A stretch of 64,000 nucleotides of DNA from Owenia fusiformis. Lineage: Eukaryota. The stretch covers positions 38,440,001-38,504,000 of the forward strand of contig CAIIXF020000001.1 of the NCBI GenBank assembly GCA_903813345.2, written 5' to 3'. The translations under genes and the position numbers were made by a program. The notes below the pieces were generated by a model, which saw only the letters and a list, made by a program, of their open reading frames with translations, was not told where the DNA came from and did not search any database. Positions 25,801 through 36,000 of this stretch are shown here, in pieces (the first letter of the stretch is position 1; each line of letters opens with the position of its first letter).

Positions 25801-26351
25801 AAACCCGAAAGACATCCATGCGGGTACATCGAATTCGAAATAACTACAATAGATGGAGATCAGTGAACATGCTTGGTATAAAAGTACAATATTGTAGAAT
25901 ATATAGTAGCCCGGACAGAATTGTTCAATGGTCACTTTTTCTTTAATAACTTTTTTAATTTTCTGTATTATCAAAATCAGAGTGAAATTCTGACATTCAA
26001 TAAATATTTAAGGAACATCTCTTAATTTGTTGATATTACATTCAATTCCACAAAACATGCCGCCATTTTTGAACAAATATGAGACAAAATGGTGATAATA
26101 CTGAAAATTAAAAAAAGTTATTTAAGAAAAAGTGACCATTGAACAATTCTGTTCTAGCTACTATTTATATTAGGTTAATGTCGCCTAATTATGAACCTCA
26201 CATTTTGATGCTTTTTCAATTATTCGAATTCGAAGCCTAATAGTTCATCTGCCATTTTACTTTCTCACTTACCTTTTGTCATTTGGATCAAACATTGCAT
26301 AATTATTAATACTATAGTCACACTTGGCACCATCCTTAAGAAAACGCTCAT
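4610..26351 (-). CDS. Gene 1 (spliced, 17 exons, ~829 aa): secreted Ly6/three-finger + Thr-rich linker + 12 EGF + C-type lectin-like protein
   Basis: Exons 26351-26273, 24988-24851, 24347-24009, 22212-22078, 19037-18915, 18739-18574, 18159-18080, 17924-17802, 17559-17437, 16389-16267, 14936-14814, 14679-14557, 11154-11032, 9672-9550, 8512-8387, 7563-7369, 4857-4610. Splice sites AG/GT (one GC donor), phases consistent, total 2490 nt ending in TAA. Confidence 0.8.
7369..7563 (-). CDS. Gene 1 exon 16, C-type lectin-like domain N-half
   Basis: [21 protein letters not shown]...[26 protein letters not shown]; cag/gtgagt. Confidence 0.85.
7808..8319. mobile_element. Foldback MITE
   Basis: ACACTGGTGATCC...GGATCACCAGTGT with arms pairing over ~200 bp (seen as mirrored spurious ORFs). 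Confidence 0.8.
8387..8512 (-). CDS. Gene 1 exon 15, cbEGF12
   Basis: [42 protein letters not shown]. Confidence 0.9.
   Translation of the reverse strand: MSMNVVPIMVVVRRHVPTRLVRLSAGVEMNCLYSMGTGEIV
9550..9672 (-). CDS. Gene 1 exon 14, cbEGF11
   Basis: [41 protein letters not shown]. Confidence 0.9.
9874..10965. mobile_element. Old diverged foldback element
   Basis: Nested inverted anchors: GGTATCGATATGGTGAACT / AGTTCACCATATCGATACC and TCCGAACCTCATTGGAACAAA / TTTGTTCCAACAAGGTTCGGA. Confidence 0.6.
11032..11154 (-). CDS. Gene 1 exon 13, cbEGF10
   Basis: [41 protein letters not shown]. Confidence 0.9.
11721..11878. mobile_element. Same hAT-like MITE family, 5-bp TSD AGACT
   Basis: AGACT|CAGGCCCGTAGCCAG...TGGCTACGGGCAAA|AGACT; shares AATTCTTTCAAAATCATGCAGTTTT with the 46631 copy. 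Confidence 0.82.
12187..13504. mobile_element. 1.3-kb non-autonomous DNA transposon with 30-bp TIRs and 4-bp ATAA TSD
   Basis: TIR GATACGACGTCAGATACTGTACATC(A/G)CGGC 29/30; ATAA at 12183-12186 and 13505-13508. Confidence 0.88.
14557..14679 (-). CDS. Gene 1 exon 12, cbEGF9
   Basis: [41 protein letters not shown]. Confidence 0.9.
14814..14936 (-). CDS. Gene 1 exon 11, cbEGF8
   Basis: [41 protein letters not shown]. Confidence 0.9.
15127..15925 (+). mobile_element. ~800-bp non-autonomous TIR element (PIF/Harbinger-like), copy 1
   Basis: TIR CCC(TA/CC)CTATCACACCAAACT(A/C)GTTCT; flanks TAA/TTA; GAACG-rich interior. Confidence 0.85.
16267..16389 (-). CDS. Gene 1 exon 10, cbEGF7
   Basis: [41 protein letters not shown]. 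Confidence 0.9.
16536..17343 (-). mobile_element. Same ~800-bp element, copy 2, inverted relative to copy 1
   Basis: Collinear reverse complement of 15127-15925; TAA...TAA TSD. Confidence 0.85.
17344..17411. repeat. 68-bp near-perfect palindrome
   Basis: TAAGTTTACACCAACGGCGCTTTGATGGCGCTTT|AAAGCGCCATTAAAGCGTCGTTGGTGTGAACTTA, 3 mismatches. Confidence 0.9.
17437..17559 (-). CDS. Gene 1 exon 9, cbEGF6
   Basis: [41 protein letters not shown]. Confidence 0.9.
17802..17924 (-). CDS. Gene 1 exon 8, cbEGF5
   Basis: [41 protein letters not shown]. Confidence 0.9.
18080..18159 (-). CDS. Gene 1 exon 7, remainder of cbEGF4
   Basis: tag|G TGT ATC AAC = (R)[26 protein letters not shown]; phase 2-1. Confidence 0.85.
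18574..18739 (-). CDS. Gene 1 exon 6, cbEGF3 plus first third of cbEGF4 (GC donor)
   Basis: [55 protein letters not shown]; ends AG|gcaagt. Confidence 0.85.
18915..19037 (-). CDS. Gene 1 exon 5, cbEGF2
   Basis: [41 protein letters not shown]; 123 nt, phase 1-1. Confidence 0.9.
19160..21249. mobile_element. Hairpin-headed non-autonomous element (Crypton-like architecture, inferred)
   Basis: ~215-bp palindrome 19165-19378 with internal 44-bp duplication; body bounded by TTATTATATACCC...GGGTATATAATAA. Confidence 0.6.
21245..21669 (+). mobile_element. ~425-bp hairpin-headed repeat, copy A
   Basis: Hairpin 21252-21398, body bounded by TTATCCTACAC...GTGTAGGATAA; near-identical inverted copy at 23190-23613. 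Confidence 0.85.
22078..22212 (-). CDS. Gene 1 exon 4, EGF1
   Basis: [38 protein letters not shown]; an alternative in-frame acceptor would start the exon at 22200. Confidence 0.85.
22892..22937. repeat. (CAATA)n microsatellite, interrupted
   Basis: Seen directly. Confidence 0.85.
23190..23996 (-). mobile_element. Same family, copy B (23190-23613) plus diverged tandem copy C (23611-23996)
   Basis: Reverse complement of copy A; the spurious ORF translations are nearly identical. Confidence 0.85.
24009..24347 (-). CDS. Gene 1 exon 3, Ly6 C-half plus Thr/Pro-rich mucin-like linker
   Basis: YRGC...NGC...[10 protein letters not shown] then [24 protein letters not shown]; cag/gtaa. Confidence 0.85.
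24851..24988 (-). CDS. Gene 1 exon 2, Ly6/three-finger domain N-half
   Basis: [20 protein letters not shown]...[14 protein letters not shown]; cag/gtat. Confidence 0.85.
25435..25584. mobile_element. 150-bp MITE, 35-bp TIR, 5-bp TSD AAGAC
   Basis: AAGAC|CACAGGGTACGTACCAG...TTGGTACGTACCCTATG|AAGAC; TIR 30/35. Confidence 0.85.
25903..26165. mobile_element. MITE with ~70-bp TIRs
   Basis: TAGTAGC..CAGAATTGTTCAATGGTCACTTTTTCTT / AAGAAAAAGTGACCATTGAACAATTCTG..GCTACTA. Confidence 0.8.
26273..26351 (-). CDS. Gene 1 exon 1, signal peptide [27 protein letters not shown]
   Basis: ATG, hydrophobic core, G|gtaagt phase-1 donor joining to GLECYDC. Confidence 0.75.
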
Positions 26352-27500
26352 TTTTATTATACTTTATTTACTATCAACTTCCTCCAGTGATCATGTTTGG
26401 TCAGATCTATTCAAGAATATCCCGTTGTGGTGATTTTTAGCAAATACTGTCCATAAGATTAATAATAGTTTACAATTAGGCACAACTTCCCGATGAGGTC
26501 AAGACGTGAAATAATATGCTTTGTAGTATTAAGTACTTGAGTATTTTTATAATTGTTTTATTACTTTATAATAAGTAAAGAATGATGTCATGGGTCAGTG
26601 AATAGAATTTTGGCAAGCATAATTATGTACATGTAGAATACAAGTCAGCACAGACTCTACACTTGCCTTAGGGCATAGACTATTCAATTGTGTATGTTTA
26701 ATTGTGTAAAACTGTCATTCCCTAATGCATTGTTTAGCGAGTACTTGTAACGATTAACTAGACATTATCGTCAAATTTTGCTTGTCTTAATAACTCAGAA
26801 AAGATATAAATTCAGTTCAGCAAACGTGAATTCTTCGCGTCCAGAGGAAATTATATCACAGATACAATAAATGGCCTGTAACATAAATATTATAGAGTGA
26901 CTAGATTATCATAAAAACCTCTTTTTAAATAGTCAACTTTGATTGGTCAAAGAGCGGTGAATAATTTTAGCTATTGACCGGTTAATACTACTAGGGGATT
27001 CCCCTTAACATGACGTCAAAACAATGAACAACGTCTACTGTAAATGTGGTTTAATCATCTTGTAGCGGTATGCACAATATGTATACCACAGAACGTGATA
27101 TCGGTTGGACCTACCATCTGTCACAGCGAACTACCTTCACGAGTGGAGCCTAATTAACATATTCCTCCGCATGACAACTGTTCGAGGTCTCTTTCGAAGC
27201 TCGCTTGTGATATGACTGGAAATAATTACAACTGATTGCAATTATTATGCATGTACTGTACTATGCATATGCTCTTCATGAGATCATGATTACCATGATT
27301 AGATACGATGTGAAGGAACTCAAATTTATTATGTAAAAATGTTTATTTTTAAAAATGCGAAGTCTAGTCGTCTTTGCAAAGGTTACTTCGGTAGTATATT
27401 AGTTTTTTCAGGATATAGGTTGGTATCGGCATAGATAATTCTTGAAACAATATATCACATGTGGCAGAACAGAAACGAATCCTTGTCGTAACATAAATTC

Positions 27501-28014
27501 TTAAAGGGATATTCCTTGCAAGCCCATTTCTCTCTTGATATTATATATATAAATATTATAGTACTATCAATATTTAGTGAAACATGAAAAAAATGTTTTG
27601 ATATGGTCAAATTGATTAGTTAGAAATGCAAGGCTCATTCCTTGTGGGCTGCCATCTTTTTAGATTTCATACAGGAAGTGATGTCATCGCCTCTTCACAT
27701 AAAAGTAGCACAAAATCAACTCTAAACAAAAAGTCATTACTTTCTCAGCAAAAATATTTCAGGGCTTGTCAACTTAAAATTAAAAGAGGCTTGGACTTCT
27801 TACTTATTTTTCCTCATGTAAACTATACAAGCTTAGGAGTTGATGACAGTATTTCTTGTGGGAAATATTATGGCAGATCACATGGAATGAGAACTGCATT
27901 TTTAAATGATATTAAAAAATAATTTCCAATAATAATAATTTCAAATGGATAATAGAAAAATGGTAATACCTACTACTATCAAAAAAAATAGGCTCACGGG
28001 AACATCCCTTTTAA
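27501..28014. mobile_element. TTAA-flanked MITE
   Basis: TTAAAGGGATATTCCTTGCAAGCC...GGCTCACGGGAACATCCCTTTTAA. Confidence 0.6.
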
Positions 28015-28997
28015 TACTAATACTATCAAGTTACACACGTCATGCATGCCATCACATCGAGGATGGTAGGATGACACGCTTGTCATATCAATAAATCAAT
28101 GTGTTACATGTATACACGCATATACGTTACACGCATTGGTCCAATCAAAAAATATTATCATTCTTATTCTTTAAAAAAGATATTTATTTCATTAATTCAT
28201 TGTAGGCCTACATATTACATATAATGATCTCATCATTTCGCATAGTTTCGCACCATGCATTCATATCGTAAATTTGCATCTTTCTGTAAAAATGGCATTC
28301 AGATACATTTCTAATATTGAACCTTTGGACAGATACGCCCAATACCCTGAGTTTTCACTAATACGATTCATACAATTACTCTTTCTCCATATATGTGATT
28401 TCTAAGACAAGACGAATTTGTTGTGACCTTATAAGCCAACGCATATCTATCATAGACTTAAACGTTAAATTGTGAAGCGTAATGTTGCACAATTTGGATA
28501 ATATGAAATTCATTCATTGATACATTTCTGAATAAGCTGAACTGTGTCAACTGCTTATGTATCCAAAACCTTTTCCTCTGTAAACGGACTCTAATTATTA
28601 AGGTTGACAGTTTGGACATCATTTACGATTTCCACTCGATGGAAATTCTTGACATTCCGATACCCTCTTCACAAGCGGCGTTAAATCTATCTAAATATAA
28701 AATAATGCTCTTAAAGATAAGTCAAAGTGTAATTATCCTGAGATTCTATACCCTAGATCCAGCACTTTTAATAAAATGAAATAAGGCGAAGTTCACAACA
28801 AAGATAGATGCATTTAATAAAAATTACTGCAATAATGCAATTCTGGAACTTATTTCAGAATTTATTGGCTGAACGTCGTACTCTTTCCTAGAATTAAACT
28901 TGTTACGATGATAACAGGTATTTCCTAAAACCTCAAACTGAAGTAATATCTCTTTTAGTTTCTAAGCTCAATACTTTGAACTACTTAAAAGCTCATC

Positions 28998-30083
28998 TCA
29001 GCTTTTTTCCTCATCGTCCAAAAATTCTTTAATTGTATCGTCGGTTATGTATGATATTCCTGGAGAGCACTTAAGCTTCGTTGATACATAATTGACTCTG
29101 CTGTAGATTTTGTCCTCCTCGGCCACACCTGTTATATAAGAAGCCACCGACTGGCGACGACTGTAGTCCTGGTCATCTGAACATACTGTGCTCTCTAATA
29201 ATGCTCTGGAAGAATCTAATCTGGCCCTAGGTTTCGACTTTCGTTCTTTAACCCTCTTCAAGTCACGAGTATCAATATCTTCGGCATTAGATGACATGGA
29301 GGACTTATGAGGACGTACAAATGCTGTAAAATACCATGTATCACTAAAGTACAAATGACTACCGTAACTGATATATAAGGCTTTTGAATGATTAATTAGA
29401 TGATGTTGAATTATTGAAACTATCTAAACTTCACTCAAACATATCGAGTCTGCCTTTGGAAATAGTTAACTGAACATTTCGTTTATGCATGTACTTTATC
29501 AACATTATACATTACCTACGAATCCCTCGTCTTTCGGTGACTGCTTTTCAACATTCTTTTTCTTCTGAAAGACACATTTAAGGCATAACTTAGTCTAAAT
29601 AGAATTGTTGGTTGGAGTTGGCATAAAATGTTCGAATGAAAAACAATAAATGATACAGTGGTTGCGGTCTGTCGGTTTATGCAGAGATGGTGTATAGCTA
29701 ACTTTTACAATCTCAATGTAATAGGACATTACCCTGCGTGCAGAGTCTAGTTAAACGAAGCTCTCTTTTAAGAAGTGAAGTCAAACGAATGCAAAGGGTA
29801 ATATGACATTAACATTCTGACAAAAAAATATGTTTTACTTTTAACTGAACATTTAGTCAACATGAACTGTATCTCACTCATAGATTATAGTGTCTCATAT
29901 GTCTTGTAATTAGGACAGTAATGATGGCAAGAGCATGTACTTGTATAACAATAATTCTATTTCAAACAATGCATATTTACAAACTTTGTTTACCTTGAAT
30001 TGAACGTGTAAAGATGAACATTGAGAAATGGGTTCTTTAGCTGATTCGGTGGAACATTTCAACCGATGCACAATACTGCCCAC
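28998..30083 (-). CDS. Gene 2 cytoplasmic tail exons 30083-29994, 29564-29516, 29323-28998
   Basis: Phase-consistent; Ser/charged tail ending FLDDEEKS*; AATAAA at 28861-28866 (minus). Confidence 0.75.
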
Positions 30084-33000
30084 CTAGGAAATGTAATTAA
30101 GGTCCAATTTAGTAAAATGCTTTAGTGAAGAATACATGTAAGTTATTCAAACTCAAAGTCCTTAAATATATTAATTTTGTGTGCAAAAAGCCTTTTTGCA
30201 AGTTAACTTAATATATGTTACAGTTTTTATAGAGTTACAAAAGATGCCACGATTTGGTCATTTATTGATCTAGAAATAAGTTAATGTGATGGACAAAATG
30301 GTATAATAATACTGGTCAATTTCTACACAAAAACTTACCCACTTTCGCATTATGCATTCCGAGAGAAAATACCATACACCCTACAAATAAAATATGGCAA
30401 TGAGCGATAGTGGAAATAGTACATGATTGAAAGGGTCATATACATGTTATCAGAAATGAAATACAAAAACCACTCTGAGAAAATGGTAATGTCGTAATGT
30501 TTAGCTCAGAGAAAATACATTTCCCCAGAGCACTGAAAATTGAAAATAAATAAATAAAAACACCATGTACAGGAGTAATAAACTCAATGTCAAATTTGAT
30601 TTATAAAAACAAAATATTGGTTTATAATTGTAAAGGTCCGAGGGCATAGAAAAAAGTAAGGCAAAGGTCTATGTGCAGTATGGCAAGTGATTTTAGAGTC
30701 ATATCTTTCACCATGAGTACTTTCTTGTCATAAATACAGTGGTTTTTATTAGAACAATATGTTTTGTTTCAAGTGAAATACCCATGATGATAAAAAATAT
30801 CAATCGAACATTTCGAAAAATTATGAATAGGGACCCCGTGTCAACAATTCTTTCAAAATGTTGAACCTATTTACTAAATGGAGGATCTCCTTTTTTCTGA
30901 TTTGTATTGCATGAAAAGATTATTCAAAGAGGAGTTTAAAACTTTTGCAGAATGGTATTGAAAGTCTAGTTTTGAAGATATCAATTTTCGATGACCAAAA
31001 TTATGCTGAAAACAATGGATAGCACGAGTTTTCCATATGGGAAAATAACATGGGATATGTGGTTTTTAACTTTAACGGATTTCAAAACCAATCCCCTTTT
31101 CAGAAGTTGTAAATATAGTGTAGAAGAAACGTTTGCTATGGTTAAATCAAGGAAAACAAGATCCTTTTTTAGAAAATAAGCCTAACATTTTTTAAAAAGT
31201 GCTCAGATGGGGTCCTAAACAATAATTTTTCAGAGAGTTGGATGGATATTTTACTATCACGGGAACTTCACTTGGAATAAAACATGTTGTTTTTATAAAA
31301 ACCACTGTGTTTATGGCCAGAAAGTACTCATGGTGAAAGATATGACCGTCTAAAATCACTTGCCATACTGCACATGGAACTTTGAATAAGTGAGGTCAAT
31401 TTGAGAGTAAATAATACTACCATTATATATATAAGCCTTCACTTTCAGTTTAAAAGAATAAAAAGCACGTCTGAAATAATATTTTTGAAAAAATGTTGGC
31501 CTTGCTTCATGCCTTGCTTGACCGATGTGTACCATCTTGTTTGCATGTCATGTCATGTGTAACTTTCAAAAAACAGCTTACCAATACAATGTTGGAGATA
31601 CCAGTAAGGTAGTCAATTCCAGTATGATCCACATTGACACGTAGTATGATGCACACGCACGATAGAAACAAGAAAACTGCTGTTACTAGAGACTTCTTCA
31701 ATATCCATCTAAAACATAAAATGTCCCCGGTAATAATGATTCATGGAATAATTTACAACTGTTTGAAATAATGTTGGATGTAAATAAATGTTCGTATAAA
31801 TGTTCCGCCGTAATTGGACACAAAAATGTGAATTAAATAGTACTAAACGGTACAGAATCCTCTCAGCAATTTATAAACCACCACAATGTTACGATATAAT
31901 GGATTGAAGTGCCAGGACCACAAAAATAGGATTTTACCCCTTGGGACATGTCAAACTATGATTATACAAATCAATCTGTACCTACCTTATGATTTCTAAC
32001 TTCTCCCTATTTTTCACATAATCCAATTTGTGTATATTATTTAAGACAAGTATATTGAAAACCTGCCATATCTACAAAGAGAAACGTGATGTGTTGTCAT
32101 ACTCATAGAAATTGTAGCTTTAATATATAACTTGGGTCTAGAAAACATATGCGACTATTTAGTTCAACGCCCCGTGTACATTCCCCTCCAACGGCTTAAG
32201 TGTACATGCTTGTATGTGATAGGGGGTCAAATATTGAGACAGTCAATATAGATGTTCTCATGCAATAATTTAACAGACTTAATAAAACATATCATATATC
32301 TATATCTGGTATATGTATATAAATGTGTTCGATTGACAAAGAGTATTCTTACGAAGAGATAAAAGTAAGCATTAAGCATCATTCTTACCACAAGCATTAA
32401 AAGCATAGCAATGCTGAATAAATAAAACTGCCATGATTGAACGGACACCCAGCAACTAAAATAAGCAAGAAAGACACACATATTGCAGCTGATATATGAA
32501 GCAACTGAAGACATTGAACGAAATGCAAAGCATACTGTACACACTGCTCATCCATTAATCTTAACTACGATTTCTACGATTCACGCTGACATGTCTATAA
32601 CTAAGAATAATGTACTCACAAATGTCTCTGACTATAAGGCATGTCGTCTAAAATTGAGGCTATGACAACAGGTAGACTGAATATAAATGGCACACCTGAA
32701 AAATAAAAGATCATGTTTTATTACATTATATTTGAAGTTTCTTCACGAAGGTTGACTTTATTACATCAACAACATTACAACAAGGTGTAGACCATGTATG
32801 GAGTATGAGTTATGTGTTAGCACGGGGCTCCAATCATGAAGGCAATGAAAGATTTTAAACGTACGGAAATATCTTAAATAATTTAAACAATTAATATAAT
32901 GCTAATTACGTATACAACACATTTTTAAAAATTCAACCAAATAATGAGATAAACCAGAGTACTTTACCTAGAATAAGTCCAGCCTTCCACAAAATATTGA

Positions 33001-36000
33001 ATTTTGACTGAATTTTATCCAGTAAATTCAAGTAGAGATCAGTGGATGTAGTAAGCTGGATGCTCAATGTCATGATGTAGAAACAATAAAGTAAAATATA
33101 TACACTCTTACACACCATCTGAAATGAGATGACAAAACGAGATGACAATTTTGCTTAGTTTTAGCATCTTATATTACAGCAGCGATTGCGATGATGTTAA
33201 CATGCATGTACATATTTACCTTTTAAGAACCAAGGAAAGTAGTGGCATATTTTACACTAACCTTCATATTATATCTATCCATGCCAGCTAGAAGGAGAGA
33301 AGAGAGTATAATCATCACGATGCACATGAAGATAACTGAGATTGGCCGATTGTGCTTGTAGTGCCTTGAAGTAGAACAGCATTTCATCAAAATAAACACG
33401 CAGTTATTATAACTAATAAGGATTCTCACTAGACGGTCATATATTGGATTGTGTTTATTTACCAATCTTAATTATATAACGTTTTGAACCAATGTACGAG
33501 TATTATCCAAAGAAAATGTCAAGTCAAAATATCAATTAGCCTCTAAAGTATTACAATGTTCCGAGTCGACACCATTGCATTATTCTTCACATTTGCTTCA
33601 GATACGTACCTACGAAATATCGTATATATAAAGAAGGTTATACAGAAGCTGACTAGTGATGTGATGTAACCCACTGTAACTATTAATGGCGTAACATGGT
33701 TGACTTCTAATTCAACGTTATCCTAAAATCAGAAAATCAGTAATTCATCGTAAAGAGGTCCATATTATCTACACATTTGATGTAACTTACACACAGAGTT
33801 GTATTAACAATAGTAATAAGTAACCCTTTTGTAAGTGAAAATATACAACAACATTCCATTAACAGTATGTTCATTTATTAAGTACTGTTAGCTTTGATTT
33901 GTTAGAAACAATTGTTGATAAACCTTTGCTTGACTTTGGGTTGAATTTACAAGTTACCCACACGAACATACCGGTACACATGATAAACTTACAGATGATG
34001 TTGAAACCAGCAACAGAGAAATATGACCAGAATTGTTACATCTACATGTTGTGTAGTTGATGGACCAGCCAACAACATTACATCCATCAAGGTCCCAATA
34101 TCCATTTGGAAATAACCTATAAAATATATAACATTGTATTAGGCGCTTATAACTCTACAATTGTCAATCATAATTGTAAGGCTCCTAGGGTTGAACCTCT
34201 AAACTCTACAACATAAAGTAAATCAGTAGTAAAATAGTCAAGCCTTACTATACTAAACATAAAACAATGTTTTTTAATCTATATTCATGGCTGTTTAATT
34301 AAAGTATGAGAGTATATCTGTATAAATCGTCCACAATTTGATTATGTATTATAATATTAAAATATGGTTACCTCGATTTCCATTGAGCACATCTTATACG
34401 CAACTTCTTTTCTTGAGACTGAAACTCAAAGAAGACGTGAGTTTGTAGTCTCGTGCTTCAAAAGTATACTATTGATTTCCCAGTACAAATATTTAGGAAA
34501 ATATAATGAATCAAAAATCATTAATCAGGCGATTGAATATTATCAATACACTTTTATTTCAGGTTTAGCAACAAATATACAGACAAGATTTTGTGATATC
34601 GATTTTGCATTCAAACAATTTCTAGGACTCGTTTATTATACAAGACATGAAAGGTCGATTTGGACTTGACCCAAGATTTGTGAGAGTAAACCTGTCGGGA
34701 TAGTTACCTTGTCTAAGTGCTCCAATCTAACTAGTGATGGTGAGTATTCTTCGCCCAGAGATGACGGGATATATAGTGAGTATATTTTTGAATTCACTGT
34801 GTTCTCTCTGAAACGTCAAATTTTCTTTATCAGTTCATCTTTACATACAGACAAGAGACTTCAAACATTTTTTTATCGAATTACCTCAATGTGATACTCA
34901 AACTCAACTTTATGAAAGCTGCAAAACATCTTATTATTACAGCAGATTAAGTTACTGTATTATGCACTTGTTGGCAACATTTAGTAAACCAATTTTACTT
35001 ACCCTATTGACTCATTTGCCATAATTTGCCAAATGTTTTTGTATTTCACGACTGCAGAAAAGTACATCTCATCGTAAACATCAGTATCTATAAAAGATGA
35101 AGAAAATTACTATAGAATATGACATTGGAATGTAACACAAGCTACTTAGAAAGGACAAAAACCTACTAGCTGCTGGGAAAAGCTGATAAGTGTAATAACT
35201 AGAAGGATAAAAGATTTACTTGGAACAAAAAGAATAATATAGACAAAACAATTAATTAGTCTAATGGCGGTCGAAATTGGCATTAATATAATTTATGATT
35301 TTCTTATATTTGTACCTCCTATTACACTTAAGGGCGACTCATTCAAGATCTCGTCTTCATGTCGCTTGTATCTGACATCTGTTCTTGCCACTTTTGTAAA
35401 ATTCACTTCTGAAAATTTACAAGGCACATGGTGGACAATATTGTACCTAAAACATAGCAGTGTGGGCTTGGTGACTCAAAAAGCAAGATGGCCACCCAAA
35501 AGTTAATCAGTTCTAGACCTTCTTACCATGTAACATGTGTTAAAATTTGAAGTAAATCCGTTGGGTGGTTTTCTTGGAATGGCGATGATAATGTTTATCT
35601 TAAAACTTCCAAGATGGCCATCAGAATGCAAGATGGCTGCCAAAAAGTTAATCAGCTCTAGAATTTTAGAATTATTCCTACTTAAGCTTTTGTAACCTTT
35701 TATGGGGAAATGCCATTAAAACTCTTGAAAAAATTGTATGTTCTGCAAAAGAAATGCTGAAGTTATTATTATACTGATCGTCTAGCTCCTTCAGGACCTC
35801 TCTTTTCAAAACTGAAAATATTGAATATATTTGACATCAATAAACTACAAACCGCTGTTCAGAAAACAGTTTCTGAACCTCCAGAATTTCCTTCAGAACA
35901 GAAATTGAAGAAAATCAATTGAATAAAGTGGTCCATTACTTTACAATATTATTTCACTTGATCTCAAAAAGTCTAAACATCAAATCATTTGAACGAAAGT

